A stretch of 40,000 nucleotides of DNA from an uncultured Gilliamella sp. (GCF_945271295.1 NZ_CALYPG010000002.1), one strand, 5' to 3'. Shown: positions 9,116 through 20,529, counted from the first letter of the stretch. Translations and numbers: made by a program. The notes: generated by a model not told the origin, from the letters alone.

Positions 9116-9602
9116 AATTACTTTCCTTATTCAATGCAATAAATTCTGTCTTTAAACGATCTGATTTAAGTGCATCATAAATCTTGTCTATTCCTTGTTT
9201 TACCTTTTCAGTCATCGGATAATAAAAACCGACGATATCAGGTTGTATACCTAAAAAGTCAATTATTGGTATATCTTCTTTTAATTGCTCCACTAAAAAA
9301 GTTAACGGCATATTATGCGTATTCATCAAAAACATCTCTGCAATTAAATCAACATCAACAAAACGAACCTCACCAGGTGCAAGTCCCATTTCAGTCGCAT
9401 CAACAATCAATAATTGTTTCGGTTTAAGTTGTCGAATATTATGTACCACATTTTCTGGTGTACTACCTCCATCAATAACAAACCACTGTTCTATCGGTTG
9501 TTGTTGTAATTTTTCTGCTAATAACGGCCCTGCACCATCATCCCCCATCATACTATTACCAACAGTGAGGATTATACCTGTATATTGATGATCAATATTC
9601 AT
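9093..9602 (-). CDS. hycI: Hydrogenase large-subunit C-terminal maturation endopeptidase
   Basis: The motifs VGNSMMGDDGAGPLLAEKL, IDGGSTPEN, LIVDATEMG, THNMPL and FLGIQPDIVGFYYPMT are collinear with E. coli HycI. The 3' end overlaps the hydN start by 23 nt. Confidence 0.9.
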   Translation of the reverse strand: MNIDHQYTGIILTVGNSMMGDDGAGPLLAEKLQQQPIEQWFVIDGGSTPENVVHNIRQLKPKQLLIVDATEMGLAPGEVRFVDVDLIAEMFLMNTHNMPLTFLVEQLKEDIPIIDFLGIQPDIVGFYYPMTEKVKQGIDKIYDALKSDRLKTEFIALNKESNYESIYQC

Positions 9603-9603
9603 T

Positions 9604-10011
9604 CTATATCACTCTTTTTATCATTAAATACATTGCTGGTTCTTTCGTCATTGCCTGCAATAACTCAAGTAATGTTTCAGTCCATTGTTTATAAGGTGAT
9701 ACCATTTTATCGCGCTGTTGTATGAAAGCATTAGCTAATAAATTTACATGGGTAATATCAACAGTAATTTCGCCAAACTTTAATAATCTAGCCAGTTTGG
9801 CATGAGCTTCTGGATTTACTGATATATAATCAACCCAATGCATATATTCATCAGTCGGACAGGTTAAAACACTTTTCAAACAATCAATCACACCAACATG
9901 ATGACCAATCGCTAAAGAGTAATACATCACCTGCTCTGCCTGAGGCGGAATATCAGTTTCTTGCTCGACAAACTTCTGATTAAGTGAATAAAATAACACC
10001 TGATCAGCCAT
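9604..10011 (-). CDS. hyfJ: HycH/HyfJ-family hydrogenase maturation or assembly protein
   Basis: The 135-aa ORF carries [22 protein letters not shown] and AMYLMIKR, matching the HycH/HyfJ layout. Its start overlaps the hyfI stop. Confidence 0.85.
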   Translation of the reverse strand: MADQVLFYSLNQKFVEQETDIPPQAEQVMYYSLAIGHHVGVIDCLKSVLTCPTDEYMHWVDYISVNPEAHAKLARLLKFGEITVDITHVNLLANAFIQQRDKMVSPYKQWTETLLELLQAMTKEPAMYLMIKRVI

Positions 10012-10807
10012 GATACTCTCCTTCGAGCATATTAAAAAATACGGTTTGCAATTGATTAACTACTTCATTTAAACGAAGATCTTGTTCTTTATCAAGCCAC
10101 TGTTTTAATTTAATTTCGAATTCTGCTGGAGAATTGACTTCAATTAATGACAAAATTTTATCACTAATTTGCTTACCTTGATAATAACCAACTAGCTTTC
10201 TTGCTTCACGTTCTAATACGACTCTAGCCTCGACAGGGATGTGTGGATGTAACACTTTAACTTGTTCATTACTGGTTTGATCGTAAGATTGACCTTTTAG
10301 TTTTTGTTCTAATAAACCAAGTGCCAGAGCAAAACCATAAATTGTAGCTGCTGGGGTAGGAGGACAGCCAGGAATATAAACATCAATTGGTACGATCTTA
10401 TCACTGCCTCCCCAAACACAATATAAATCATGGAATATGCCACCACCACAACCACAAGCGCCATATGAGATGCAAATTTTTGGATCGGGTGCACTATGGT
10501 ATGCTCGTAAAGCAGGCATACGCATCGAGCGCGTTACGGCTCCAGTAAAAAGTAAAATATCTGCATGGCGTGGAGAAGGAACAACTTTGATCCCGAAACG
10601 TTCAGCATCAAAAAGAGGAGTAATGGCAGCAAAGATCTCTATCTCACAACCATTACATCCACCACAATCAACACGATAAACATAGGCAGAGCGCTTAATT
10701 TTTTTAAGTAATGTCTCTTTAAGTTTATTAATCTGTTCATCAACTACAATAGGTTTTGGCGTGTAATGCAAATGACTATTATCGTCAATATTATTTTTCA
10801 GATTCAT
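10004..10807 (-). CDS. hyfI: Hydrogenase-4 small subunit (NuoB-like)
   Basis: The block [23 protein letters not shown] ... [22 protein letters not shown] ... YGACG ... [11 protein letters not shown] is present. I place the start at the ATG at 10807 (MNLKNN), which has AGGAG 6 nt upstream, rather than at 10828. Confidence 0.9.
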   Translation of the reverse strand: MNLKNNIDDNSHLHYTPKPIVVDEQINKLKETLLKKIKRSAYVYRVDCGGCNGCEIEIFAAITPLFDAERFGIKVVPSPRHADILLFTGAVTRSMRMPALRAYHSAPDPKICISYGACGCGGGIFHDLYCVWGGSDKIVPIDVYIPGCPPTPAATIYGFALALGLLEQKLKGQSYDQTSNEQVKVLHPHIPVEARVVLEREARKLVGYYQGKQISDKILSLIEVNSPAEFEIKLKQWLDKEQDLRLNEVVNQLQTVFFNMLEGEYHG

Positions 10808-11357
10808 GCTGTACTCCTGATTGTGCATACTTATCTAATTGCACATCACTTTTATTCACAATATTTTGGCGACGTTTACATTCTGGACAAGTTTCAAACT
10901 GTTCTTGTCGTGACAACACTTCTTGTTCATCTAACCCTGCATGGATTAATAATGCCATGACATAATCAATTTCTTTTTGTGGCGCAAAAAAACGCTCACA
11001 AACATGGCATTTAGCCAATGCAAACGTTGCTTGCTCATATAAGTCCGCTTTATTCATTACTGCTAATTCGAATTCCTGCGATAATTCAATGGCTCGTGTT
11101 GGGCAAACCTCTTCACAACGTCCACAAAAAATGCATCGTCCAACAAATAATTGCCATTCACGCTTGCCGGTTTTTGTATTTGTTTGCATAGTTAACGCAT
11201 TAGCAGGACAAGCCGTAGTACAAGCGCCACAAGCTATACACTGTTCAGGATCATAATTAGGTTTACCCCGAAAACCCAAAGGAACCTCAAGTGGTTTAAA
11301 CGGATATTTAACCGTTGTATCACCAACTTTGTGTATTATTTTCAACAGTTTTAACAT
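10791..11357 (-). CDS. hyfH: Hydrogenase-4 2x[4Fe-4S] subunit (NuoI-like)
   Basis: The sequence [53 protein letters not shown] aligns with E. coli HyfH ([25 protein letters not shown]). Confidence 0.9.
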   Translation of the reverse strand: MLKLLKIIHKVGDTTVKYPFKPLEVPLGFRGKPNYDPEQCIACGACTTACPANALTMQTNTKTGKREWQLFVGRCIFCGRCEEVCPTRAIELSQEFELAVMNKADLYEQATFALAKCHVCERFFAPQKEIDYVMALLIHAGLDEQEVLSRQEQFETCPECKRRQNIVNKSDVQLDKYAQSGVQHESEK

Positions 11358-11368
11358 CTTTTTGTCCT

Positions 11369-13114
11369 CTATGGTTTTACTGGTGAGTTAACACGCTCAA
11401 TACCATAACGTTCAATCTCTTTATAAGGTACAGTAACGGATTTTTGTTTACGAACATCGACTAATGTCACACGGTCTGTACAGGAGTAACAAGGATCTAA
11501 ACTACCAATAATTAATGGTGCATCTGATACAGTATTACCTCGTAACATATATCGCAAAACAGGCCAATTAGCATAAGTAGCTGCCCTACAACGCCAACGG
11601 AATAATTTCTGATTATTGCCAGTCATACTCCAATGCACATCTTCACCTCGTGGCGCTTCGGTAAAACCAAGTGCAAATTTATGTGGTTGGTAAGTAAATC
11701 CTTCAACTAATAAAGGACCACTCGGTAAATTATCTAGTGCATATTCACACATGGCTATCGAGTCAAGCGTTTCACCAACACGAACCATTACACGAGCCGC
11801 TACATCACATGAATCATAACTGATTAAATTTTTAGGTAGTAAATTATAACCCGCAAACGGGTGATCAAATCTCACATCTCGCTTAAAACCACTAGCGCGA
11901 ATCATTGGTCCTACAGGGCTAAAATCTCGAGCAATTTTTTTATCTAAAATGCCTACCCCTTTAGTGCGTTGTTCAAAATTTGGGGTGCCGACTAACATTT
12001 CAACAAGTTCTATCACTTCTTTGCGCATTTCTTGTAATACTTGTATTGTTTTAATACGAGCATCTTTAAGAATATCTCGCCTAATACCACCAATAAGATT
12101 CATGCCATAGGTTTTCCTTGCCCCAGTAAGGAGTTCCGCCAACATCATGGCTTTTTCTCGTACTCTAAAAAATTGCTGAAATCCACCATCAAAACCAGTA
12201 AAGTGGCAACTTAATCCTAAATTTAATAAATGACTATGTAAGCGCTCTATTTCTAGCAAAATACTACGTATCATCTGCCCACGGGCAGGAACTTCAATGC
12301 CTAAAGCATTTTCAACTGAATTGGCATAAGCAACACTATGAGCATAACCACAAATACCGCATACCCTATCTGCTAGGAAGGTCACTTCATTATAACCCAT
12401 ACGATTTTCAGCTACTTTTTCCATACCTCTATGTACATAGAATAATCGATAATCAGCATCAATAATTTGTTCACCATCAACAAATAATCTAAAGTGTCCT
12501 GGTTCATCAGAGGTAATATGCATTGGGCCAATAGGAACTATACGGTTATCTTTATCGCCTAACTCATTTAAGAACGGATAAGTGTCATTATTGGTAGTTG
12601 GTGCCGGACGTTGACGATAATCCATGGTATCTTTACGTAATGGATAAAGTTCATCTGGCCAATCATCTGGTAATACAAGCCGGCGAGCATCAGGAATACC
12701 GACCGGTGTTAGGCCGTACATATCACGAATTTCACGCTCACCCCAAACCGCAGCGGGTACTAAAGGTGTAACTGATGGAAATTCAGCTCTAATTGGATCG
12801 ACTAATGCTTTAACCACAATCCAACATTTTTCCCCTTCTTCCATTGATAAGGCATAATAAATTGCAAAATGACCATTTAAAGAGCGTTCATCATTACCAA
12901 AAAGTACGGGTAACCAGCCACCTAATTCATAATAAAGATAAGCTACAATTTGCGGTAAGCTATTTAAATCAATTGTTATTGTTAACTGATTATATGTTTG
13001 ACGTTCTTCTTCTATTACCGCATGAGGAAAACGATTTCTAACCTGAGTAACATAATTATCACCCAGTAATTGCTGATTTTTAGACTGATTATTTAATACC
13101 GTTTCAAGTGTCAC
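11369..13114 (-). CDS. hyfG: [NiFe] hydrogenase-4 large subunit (NuoC/NuoD fusion)
   Basis: [11 protein letters not shown] is the N-terminal Ni-ligand CxxC. The C-terminal DPCYSCTDR is followed by the cleavable tail [24 protein letters not shown]. Blocks such as [10 protein letters not shown] and the C-terminus look closer to E. coli HyfG than to HycE. The start is GTG at 13114 with AGGAGAG upstream, forming a GTGA overlap with the hyfF stop. Confidence 0.95.
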   Translation of the reverse strand: MTLETVLNNQSKNQQLLGDNYVTQVRNRFPHAVIEEERQTYNQLTITIDLNSLPQIVAYLYYELGGWLPVLFGNDERSLNGHFAIYYALSMEEGEKCWIVVKALVDPIRAEFPSVTPLVPAAVWGEREIRDMYGLTPVGIPDARRLVLPDDWPDELYPLRKDTMDYRQRPAPTTNNDTYPFLNELGDKDNRIVPIGPMHITSDEPGHFRLFVDGEQIIDADYRLFYVHRGMEKVAENRMGYNEVTFLADRVCGICGYAHSVAYANSVENALGIEVPARGQMIRSILLEIERLHSHLLNLGLSCHFTGFDGGFQQFFRVREKAMMLAELLTGARKTYGMNLIGGIRRDILKDARIKTIQVLQEMRKEVIELVEMLVGTPNFEQRTKGVGILDKKIARDFSPVGPMIRASGFKRDVRFDHPFAGYNLLPKNLISYDSCDVAARVMVRVGETLDSIAMCEYALDNLPSGPLLVEGFTYQPHKFALGFTEAPRGEDVHWSMTGNNQKLFRWRCRAATYANWPVLRYMLRGNTVSDAPLIIGSLDPCYSCTDRVTLVDVRKQKSVTVPYKEIERYGIERVNSPVKP

Positions 13115-14736
13115 TTTATACTCTCCTGTTCTAATGAGTCTAAAACAATTCCAGATGTTTGAGTGATAATTTCTGATTGAAATGATTGATTTGGTTGTTC
13201 AGATAATACATCACTATGATTAACTGACGAGGATTGCACATTATGTGTAACTATGATTGTCGTTGCATTGTTTAATAATTGTTGTACCGGTTTAGGGATA
13301 CAAATACCCATGACTAACATCATAATAAGTAACAAAGCCATTGGCATAGTCGTTAATAATCCTAATTCACCTTTTGCAACTTGTTCAGGAGCCTGACCAA
13401 AAGTAACTTTAGCCACCATTCTAACTAGACCCGCTAACACTACAGTTAATAGCAACAATAACAATAAAGCTAACCAAATAGAACTGGTTTTAAGAGTGGC
13501 AACCACTAACATAAATTCACTAACAAACACATTAAATGGAGGCATTCCACCTAAAGCTAAGGCACCACCAGCAAATAACACTGCGGTTAATGGCGCGACT
13601 TTTAATAAGCCACGGACGGCAAAAATATCGCGAGTACCATACTTCAATAATACATTACCTGAACCACAGAATAATAAAGTTTTGGCTAAACTATGATTGA
13701 GTGTATGCAACAAACCGGCAAAAATGCCAAAAGGACCACCAATACCAATTGCAATTGCAACAATGCCCATATTTTCCACACTTGAATAAGCTAGTAAACG
13801 CTTCATGTCACGCTGCACGATAATAAAAAATGCGGAAACACCTACTGATAAAAAACCAAATATTAATAGTAAATTACGAGGGAAGCTATCATCAATTGAA
13901 CCACTAATAATAATGTAATAACGTAAAATCACTAATAATGCACAATTTAATAATACTGCTGATAATAATGCACTTGTTGGGCTAGGTGCTTCACTATGTG
14001 CATCTGGTAACCAAGCATGCATAGGAAATAATCCCATTTTGGTACCAAAACCAAGTAAAACAAATACAAACGCTAGATGCATCAAAGTATCATCTAAAAT
14101 TTTTGGATATTTAACCACTTCAGTCCAATAGATAGCCATACTTGGATCTGCCATAACACTAGCAGCATTTGAATAAACCAGTATGGTGCCATATAAACCA
14201 AAGGCAACACCGATTGTACAAACTACTATATATTTCCATGCTGCTTCAAGGGATGATTTTTGCCCATATAATCCGACTAAAAAAGTAGAACTTAAAGTTG
14301 TCGCTTCTATCCCAACCCACATTAAGATTAAATTATTAGTAGTAATGGCAATTAACATGGTGAATAAAAACAAATGGAAAAAGCCATAATAATAACAAAG
14401 CGTTTTAGGTGAGACCTCACCATGTTTAACTTCATGACTCATATAACCAATTGAATAAAGACCAGTAATAAAACCAATGACGGCTAATATTGCTAAAAAT
14501 AATGCTCCTAGCGTATCAATATGCCACCATAAATTATCTGATAAAATTTGACCTTCAAGATATATCTTAAATAATACACCAGCAGAAATTGAAACTAAGG
14601 CAATTAAACCCACTAAATTAATTCCATGTACAACTTTAACAAGACCGTTACTTGCTAAACTGCATAAAAAACAGATCACAGAAAAACATAACGGTATAAT
14701 TAACAGTAAATATAACATTAATGTATCATTCATCAT
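13111..14736 (-). CDS. hyfF: Hydrogenase-4 antiporter-like membrane subunit (NuoL/M/N family)
   Basis: The 541-aa polytopic protein carries [25 protein letters not shown] and [13 protein letters not shown]. Its operon position, between hyfE and hyfG, matches E. coli hyfF. Confidence 0.85.
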   Translation of the reverse strand: MMNDTLMLYLLLIIPLCFSVICFLCSLASNGLVKVVHGINLVGLIALVSISAGVLFKIYLEGQILSDNLWWHIDTLGALFLAILAVIGFITGLYSIGYMSHEVKHGEVSPKTLCYYYGFFHLFLFTMLIAITTNNLILMWVGIEATTLSSTFLVGLYGQKSSLEAAWKYIVVCTIGVAFGLYGTILVYSNAASVMADPSMAIYWTEVVKYPKILDDTLMHLAFVFVLLGFGTKMGLFPMHAWLPDAHSEAPSPTSALLSAVLLNCALLVILRYYIIISGSIDDSFPRNLLLIFGFLSVGVSAFFIIVQRDMKRLLAYSSVENMGIVAIAIGIGGPFGIFAGLLHTLNHSLAKTLLFCGSGNVLLKYGTRDIFAVRGLLKVAPLTAVLFAGGALALGGMPPFNVFVSEFMLVVATLKTSSIWLALLLLLLLTVVLAGLVRMVAKVTFGQAPEQVAKGELGLLTTMPMALLLIMMLVMGICIPKPVQQLLNNATTIIVTHNVQSSSVNHSDVLSEQPNQSFQSEIITQTSGIVLDSLEQESIK

Positions 14737-14739
14737 GAT

Positions 14740-15390
14740 CTATCCTTTTAGTGTATTAAGTTTATTGGCATCAAGTGTATGAAGCACACAATAAATTCGC
14801 CTTGCAAAATAACACATCACAACAACAGCAAAAATTGCATCAGTTGTAATTCCAATTTCAACTAGTTTAGGAACTCTATTTGCTAGCAATGCTAACGTCA
14901 AACTTGCTCCATTTTCCATTAAACAATAGCCAAAAATTTGTTTAAGAATATTACGTTGGCTAATAATACACATTAACCCAATTAAAAAATGGCCTAAAGA
15001 TACAGCTAAAACTGGCTTTAATTCACTTACTAAAGGCAGTTTTACTGGTTGAACGACAAAATGACAAGCGAACATAATCAACGCTGCAAAAATGACAATA
15101 ACTGATACCGGCAAAATACCACCTTCAATTTTGGCTTTCTTCATTTTACGATATGTGAGATAGACTATCAGTGGTACCAATATTACTTTTGTTACAATTG
15201 CTGTCACTGCCCAACTATATAGCTCACTGGCTGCAAAATAATTACCAATTGCAAACATTATCATCACTAAGACTAAAGATTGAAAACCATACATCACAAT
15301 TGAGGTAGGTATTGCTCGCACAATGGTCGTTAAAATAGAAGTAACTACCAGTAAACCTGCAAGATTATTGATAATAAAAGATCCCGTCAT
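14740..15390 (-). CDS. hyfE: Hydrogenase-4 small membrane subunit (NuoK-like repeats)
   Basis: The protein aligns with E. coli HyfE from MTGSFIINNLAGL and through SQRNILKQIFGYCLMENG and VEIGITTDAIFAVVVM. I place the start at the ATG at 15390, with GGAG 6 nt upstream, rather than at 15402. Confidence 0.85.
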   Translation of the reverse strand: MTGSFIINNLAGLLVVTSILTTIVRAIPTSIVMYGFQSLVLVMIMFAIGNYFAASELYSWAVTAIVTKVILVPLIVYLTYRKMKKAKIEGGILPVSVIVIFAALIMFACHFVVQPVKLPLVSELKPVLAVSLGHFLIGLMCIISQRNILKQIFGYCLMENGASLTLALLANRVPKLVEIGITTDAIFAVVVMCYFARRIYCVLHTLDANKLNTLKG

Positions 15391-15401
15391 AGTAAACTCC
15401 A

Positions 15402-16859
15402 TTAATTAAGCCAGAGAGCAGCTATTACACTGGAACATAGTGACATCAAAATTAAAATCACTAATACTATTTTCATAGCCAATGGTACTGCTGCCGCATT
15501 GGCAACATCTTCTGATGGTGTACCTAATACGCTTTTACCAAACCAATGTAAAAACCAAGCAAAACTTGCCACTGACTCAACCACAACAATAATAACTAAT
15601 GTCATAACTAACCAACTGTCGGATGACAATGCAAAACCTGCGGCAAAGATAGGGTATTTGCTAAAAAAACCATTAAATGGCGGTACACCAGTAATTGCTA
15701 AAGAAGCAATGCAAAACCCTATACCTAACATCGGTAATGTACTTAATATTCCTTTTAGTTTTGGTAACATCCTTGTACCACAGGTATAACTTAACGCGCC
15801 TGCTACTAAGAAAAATAAGCTTTTGGCAAATGCGTGGTTGAATATATAAGCAATCCCTGCTTCAAAAGACATTGCTCCATATACTGTACCAAATCCATAG
15901 ATAGCTAGAGATAATGCAAAGAAAATATAAGATAATTGGGTAATGGTTGAATAAGCCAATAACCGTTTTAAATCAGTTTGTGGTAAATACATAACAAAAC
16001 CATATATCAATGTAATAACCGCCATTATCATTCCAATTTCACCAATGATAATTGGTATATTTCCAGCTGACATAATTGAACGAGCAAAAATATAAACTCC
16101 AACTTTTACCATTGAGGCAGCATGTAAATAAGCACTAACAGGTGTCGGCGCTTCCATTGCATCTGGCAACCAGACATGTAATGGTAACTGAGCCGATTTC
16201 CCCCATGCGGCAAATAACACACCACATAAAATTACTATTTTTGCTTCTGAACTTAACTCAGATAAAGCATTTAACGAGAATGTTCCTGATTCAATAAACA
16301 ACCAAGCAGCAGCTATATATAATCCTAAAGAGGCGACATGAGTTACTAATAAGGCTTTCATCGCTGAATGCTGTGATTTAGTTGTTTGATAATAGCCAAT
16401 TAATGCCCATGAACAACCACCGGTGATTTCAAAAAATAACAATTGCCCCAATAAAGTAGAAGACAATACCAAACCAGCCATTGCTCCGATAAATACCATC
16501 AAAAAAGCATAATAACGTGTGGTTCCTTCATGAGGGTGTTCGCGATTATTTTTACTTAAGTATGCAGTTGAATATAAACTAATTAGAAAACCTAAAAAGA
16601 CCACCGCAAAACAAATAAGGGTACTAACTTTATCTATTACCAAACCAAAGATGACTGTGTCACCTATTTTCAATAACGCATATGTTTGGGTAACTTGACC
16701 TGCCTGAAAAAAATACCAACCAAGACACATGGTTCCTAACGAGGCTAGTAACGACACAATCACACTAAAAATACGTGCAAATGGGTAAGGTGAACAAGCA
16801 ATAATTACTGCACCAATAAATGGAATCAGGATGGTCGCTAAAGCAATATATTCCATCAT
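15402..16859 (-). CDS. hyfD: Hydrogenase-4 antiporter-like membrane subunit (NuoM/N family)
   Basis: The blocks NREHPHEGTTRYYAFLMVFIGAMAGLVLSSTLLGQLLFFEITGGCSWALIGYYQ and HVWLPDAMEAPTPVSAYLHAASMVKVGVYIFAR are collinear with E. coli HyfD. Confidence 0.9.
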   Translation of the reverse strand: MMEYIALATILIPFIGAVIIACSPYPFARIFSVIVSLLASLGTMCLGWYFFQAGQVTQTYALLKIGDTVIFGLVIDKVSTLICFAVVFLGFLISLYSTAYLSKNNREHPHEGTTRYYAFLMVFIGAMAGLVLSSTLLGQLLFFEITGGCSWALIGYYQTTKSQHSAMKALLVTHVASLGLYIAAAWLFIESGTFSLNALSELSSEAKIVILCGVLFAAWGKSAQLPLHVWLPDAMEAPTPVSAYLHAASMVKVGVYIFARSIMSAGNIPIIIGEIGMIMAVITLIYGFVMYLPQTDLKRLLAYSTITQLSYIFFALSLAIYGFGTVYGAMSFEAGIAYIFNHAFAKSLFFLVAGALSYTCGTRMLPKLKGILSTLPMLGIGFCIASLAITGVPPFNGFFSKYPIFAAGFALSSDSWLVMTLVIIVVVESVASFAWFLHWFGKSVLGTPSEDVANAAAVPLAMKIVLVILILMSLCSSVIAALWLN

Positions 16860-16874
16860 ATTTTCCTGTTCTCC

Positions 16875-17813
16875 TTATAAACCTGTTAAATAAAACACAT
16901 AAGCTAAAACCGATATACCAAATCCAGCCCATGTGACATTAGATGTCAATAAAAATCGCCCACGACATAAACAGTTTTCAAAGATACTAGCTAGAACAAA
17001 TACTATGACTAATTTAACCAAATAACACAGTATGGCGAGCAAAAAGTTAGCGGGTGAAAAAGGAATAAAAATGGCAATAAATAAGCTAGCAAAAACGACT
17101 TGCTTAAGACTTATACTTAATTTAATTAACGCAAAACCAATACCTGAATATTCAGATAGCGGACCTTCTTGTAGCTCTTGTTCAGCTTCAGCATAATCAA
17201 ATGGAATTTTACCCATTTCAATAAATACAGCAAAAGCACAAGCTAACATGGCTAATACTGCAGCAGTTGGTGTTGCTCCACCCCATTGAGTAATAAATTT
17301 TATGCCCATAAAACTAATATTGGTTGAACCAGCAATCAGAGCGATTACAATCAATCCTAAAATTAAAATAGGTTCAACCAAAATCCCTAACATAAGTTCA
17401 CGACTAGCACCAAGACCAGCAAAAGGACTACCCGAATCAATACCTGAAAGAGAAAAGAAAAAACGGAATAATGCAAATAAGTAAATAATAACAATTAAAT
17501 CACCTACCATAGACATTAGTGAACCATACGTCATAATAGGTAAAATCATAGCAACGAGTAACATGGTGCCAATTAATACAAGCGGAGTGATTCTAAAAAT
17601 AATCCCTGCATTAATAGGTGACATCTCTTGCCGACAAAATAGCTTAACAATATCCCGATAATCTTGAAAAATACCTGGACCGCGACGAGATTGCATACGA
17701 GCACGAATCTGGCGCGAAATACCCGACATTAATGGTGATAATACAAGCAACAATACCGCTTGCAATAACCCTAGAATTACCCAAAATGGAGATAATGCAT
17801 CAATACTTGGCAT
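16875..17813 (-). CDS. hyfC: Hydrogenase-4 membrane subunit (NuoH/HycD-like)
   Basis: The 312-aa ORF carries RARMQSRRGPGIFQDYRDIVKLF and PFDYAEAEQELQEGPLSEYSG, which are NuoH-family hallmarks. Confidence 0.9.
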   Translation of the reverse strand: MPSIDALSPFWVILGLLQAVLLLVLSPLMSGISRQIRARMQSRRGPGIFQDYRDIVKLFCRQEMSPINAGIIFRITPLVLIGTMLLVAMILPIMTYGSLMSMVGDLIVIIYLFALFRFFFSLSGIDSGSPFAGLGASRELMLGILVEPILILGLIVIALIAGSTNISFMGIKFITQWGGATPTAAVLAMLACAFAVFIEMGKIPFDYAEAEQELQEGPLSEYSGIGFALIKLSISLKQVVFASLFIAIFIPFSPANFLLAILCYLVKLVIVFVLASIFENCLCRGRFLLTSNVTWAGFGISVLAYVFYLTGL

Positions 17814-17821
17814 GTTTCCTC

Positions 17822-19852
17822 CTATATTACGGTCACGAAAAGTAAAACGACTAAAGCGATAATCACATATAAAGCATAAATTCGATAATCACCTAGTTGA
17901 ATGCGCTGAACATTTCGACCTATAATTTGCATAAATTTAACTACATTATTCACAATTTTATCATCCCATACTGGCTCAATTCGCTTAGCCAATATAGTTG
18001 TTTTTTGTACCATAACTTGCATATAGTTTCCGATACTTAGTATTTTTCTTAAGGTGTAAAGTGGTGCAAACATAAATCGTAAAGGTTGAGTAAAATTACC
18101 TGCTGTTTGTGCCATATCAATCTCATATTCATAACCACACGCCCAAGGATCGTCATTATTTCTAAATGGTAAACGTTGCGGTTTAGTCAATAAGTAAATT
18201 AAAAAAGGTAAAATTATTAAGCCGATTAACAATATAAAGAGAAGAATAGGCGAAACCGTAGCCTGATAAGCATTACCTGCAACTAACATTGATCCATTAC
18301 TTGTAACTTGATCTAAAACGGCTGAATTTAACTTACCTAATTGATTAGCAATAGATGAAATTAGTGGGATCATTAAAAAGGCACCGGCACCGAGGAAAAC
18401 ACATAATAGTGCTAATGCCAACATTGGTATTGTCATGGATAGTGGAACATCTTTAGCTTGCTCTGCCTGTGGGCTACGCGCTTTACCACAAAAGCAAATA
18501 CCATAAACTTTGACAAAACACATAGCAGCTAGTGCGCCAGTAATGGCTAGCATAACAATAGCTATTGGTCCAGCTAAACGCAATATAATATTGCCATTCA
18601 TACTCATGGAAAATAAAGATTGATAGGTATACCATTCACTAATAAAACCATTTAATGGTGGTAAAGCTGAAATTGCCATACAACCAATCAGAAAAGCGAT
18701 AGCGGTTAATGGCATTACTTTAGCCAATCCACCCATTTTATCCATATCCTTAGTGTGCATACGATAGATAACAGCACCAGCACCCAAAAATAGTAACCCT
18801 TTAAATACTGCGTGATTTAATAGATGATAAAGTGCCCCAACAAAACCTAATATAACTAATAAAGGTAAATTGGTAGCTATGCCTATCATTCCTGCACCAA
18901 CACCCATTAAAATGATGCCAACATTCTCAACGGTATGGTAGGCAAGTAATCGTTTGATATCATGTTCAGCTAGAGCATATAACACACCTAAAACGGCTGA
19001 AATTGCACCAAATGCTAATACTACAACACCCCACCATAGCTGAGTGGCACCAAGCAAATCAACTGAAACTTTAATAATTCCAAATACCCCGATTTTAACC
19101 ATAACACCTGACATTAATGCGGAGGCATGAGAAGGTGCGGCTGGATGAGCCTTTGGTAACCAACCATGCAATGGAATCATACCGGCTTTAGCACCAAAGC
19201 CAAAGAAAGCCAATAAAAACACTAAAGATGATATTAGTGGTGATATAGTACTGGTTCTAAAGGTTTCAAAATCAAGGCTTTTTGTTTGTAAATATAGTAA
19301 GAAAAAGCCAACCATAATTAGCACAGAACCGATATGAGCAATTAAAAAGTAGAGTAACCCGGCATTAACTGCTTTTTCATCTTGTTCGGTAATAACCAAA
19401 AAGTAAGAAGCCAGAGACATAATCTCAAAAAAGATAATAAAATAAAAGGCATTATCAATCACCATCAATATGACCATGGCTGCAATAAATAGATTAGTAA
19501 AAAAGCCGATTCCATAAGCGCCTTTACCTTGATATTCTTGAACATAAGAAAATGAATAGCCTGATGAAGCAATCGCCAATACTGAGATTACAGCTATCAT
19601 AAAAGCAGAAAGACCGTCCAACCTTAATGTACAATTAGCAAAAGAGAATGGAGTCCATAAGGTGTAAACGTGCATACCACCTTCAATCAAGACTGGCACT
19701 ATAACCATCAACCCCATTAATCCAGCCAATATACCAGCTATACCTGAGACTATGATAGCGCAACGTTCTTGCTTGGCGAGTAATAGAGATAAAGCCCCAC
19801 CAGCAACATAAATTAAAATTGAGATTAATAACAGATTAAAGGGATGTGGCAT
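17822..19852 (-). CDS. hyfB: Hydrogenase-4 antiporter-like membrane subunit (NuoL-like)
   Basis: The 676-aa ORF carries HGWLPKAHPAAPSHASALMSGVMVKIGVFG and KRLLAYHTVENVGIILMG. Its ATG overlaps the hyfA stop as TAATG. Confidence 0.9.
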   Translation of the reverse strand: MPHPFNLLLISILIYVAGGALSLLLAKQERCAIIVSGIAGILAGLMGLMVIVPVLIEGGMHVYTLWTPFSFANCTLRLDGLSAFMIAVISVLAIASSGYSFSYVQEYQGKGAYGIGFFTNLFIAAMVILMVIDNAFYFIIFFEIMSLASYFLVITEQDEKAVNAGLLYFLIAHIGSVLIMVGFFLLYLQTKSLDFETFRTSTISPLISSLVFLLAFFGFGAKAGMIPLHGWLPKAHPAAPSHASALMSGVMVKIGVFGIIKVSVDLLGATQLWWGVVVLAFGAISAVLGVLYALAEHDIKRLLAYHTVENVGIILMGVGAGMIGIATNLPLLVILGFVGALYHLLNHAVFKGLLFLGAGAVIYRMHTKDMDKMGGLAKVMPLTAIAFLIGCMAISALPPLNGFISEWYTYQSLFSMSMNGNIILRLAGPIAIVMLAITGALAAMCFVKVYGICFCGKARSPQAEQAKDVPLSMTIPMLALALLCVFLGAGAFLMIPLISSIANQLGKLNSAVLDQVTSNGSMLVAGNAYQATVSPILLFILLIGLIILPFLIYLLTKPQRLPFRNNDDPWACGYEYEIDMAQTAGNFTQPLRFMFAPLYTLRKILSIGNYMQVMVQKTTILAKRIEPVWDDKIVNNVVKFMQIIGRNVQRIQLGDYRIYALYVIIALVVLLFVTVI

Positions 19853-20466
19853 TATAACTCTCCTTCCGGTAAACCTGCATGACTAGTACTAATCAATGAA
19901 TCTTCAAAAGCCTCACGTTTTAATCGAGACGCGACATTTAATGTTTTATCAGTAACTAAACAGAGAGCATCGGTTGGACAACTTCTGATGCAAGCAGGAC
20001 CTGCTGGATCAAAAGAGCAAAGATCACATTTCACTGCAATCATTTTTCGACCGGCATTCCAAGCTAAATATGGATTCATTGATGGTGCACTAGTTGGTAA
20101 ATTACTCAGTTGTGATTCTGGTACATAATTTTCATAGCACTCAGGTAGAGCTTCTGGTTCGCTTGCAGCTGGAGTAATAGCACCGAAAGGGCAGGCTAAA
20201 CCACATAACTTGCAGCCAATGCAAAGACTTTCATTGAGTAGTACGGAATTATCTTTTTTAACAATGGCGTTAACAGGGCATACTTTAGCACATGGTGCAT
20301 CTTCACAATGACGACATAAAACTGGAGCGGTACCATTATCATCACGCATAACAGTTAACCGTGCATGCGCAACTAGACCAACCTTTTCATGAGTCTGAAT
20401 ACAAGCAGCCATGCAAGTATTGCATCCAATACATTTTGTGGGCTCTGCGATCACAAAACGGTTCAT
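19852..20466 (-). CDS. hyfA: Hydrogenase-4 multi-[4Fe-4S] ferredoxin subunit (HycB/HyfA family)
   Basis: The sequence MNRFVIAEPTKCIGCNTCMAAC..CRHCEDAPCAKVCPVNAI..LNESLCIGCKLCGLACPFGAI..VKCDLCSF..GPACIRSCP is present. I chose the ATG at 20466 because GGGAGA sits 6 nt upstream of it and directly abuts the 20472 ATG, and because E. coli HyfA and HycB both start MNRFV. Confidence 0.9.
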   Translation of the reverse strand: MNRFVIAEPTKCIGCNTCMAACIQTHEKVGLVAHARLTVMRDDNGTAPVLCRHCEDAPCAKVCPVNAIVKKDNSVLLNESLCIGCKLCGLACPFGAITPAASEPEALPECYENYVPESQLSNLPTSAPSMNPYLAWNAGRKMIAVKCDLCSFDPAGPACIRSCPTDALCLVTDKTLNVASRLKREAFEDSLISTSHAGLPEGEL

Positions 20467-20513
20467 GAACATTCTCCCGACGATATCATTAATATAAATA
20501 TTAAATCTTATCT

Positions 20514-20529
20514 TGCAATAATCGTACCA
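20514..20529 (-). promoter_or_regulatory. Sigma54 (-24/-12) promoter of the hyf-hycI-hydN-fdhF operon
   Basis: The minus strand reads TGGTACGATTATTGCA, against the consensus TGGCACG-N4-TTGCW. The GG and GC dinucleotides are separated by exactly 10 nt. The element lies about 48 nt upstream of the hyfA ATG. Confidence 0.6.

Noticed and set aside
4839-17484. Many 60-96 aa ORFs are nested in or antisense to yedE, fdhF, hydN, hycI and the hyf genes. Examples are 4839..5072, 5214..5441, 6586..6825, 7076..7279, 8844..9110, 9170..9427, 10309..10494, 10437..10679, 10756..10965, 12844..13041, 13496..13696, 14183..14389, 15499..15789 and 17302..17484.
   Set aside because: Each lies wholly within a long ORF that has strong family motifs. 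None has a recognisable motif or RBS, so they are chance open frames.
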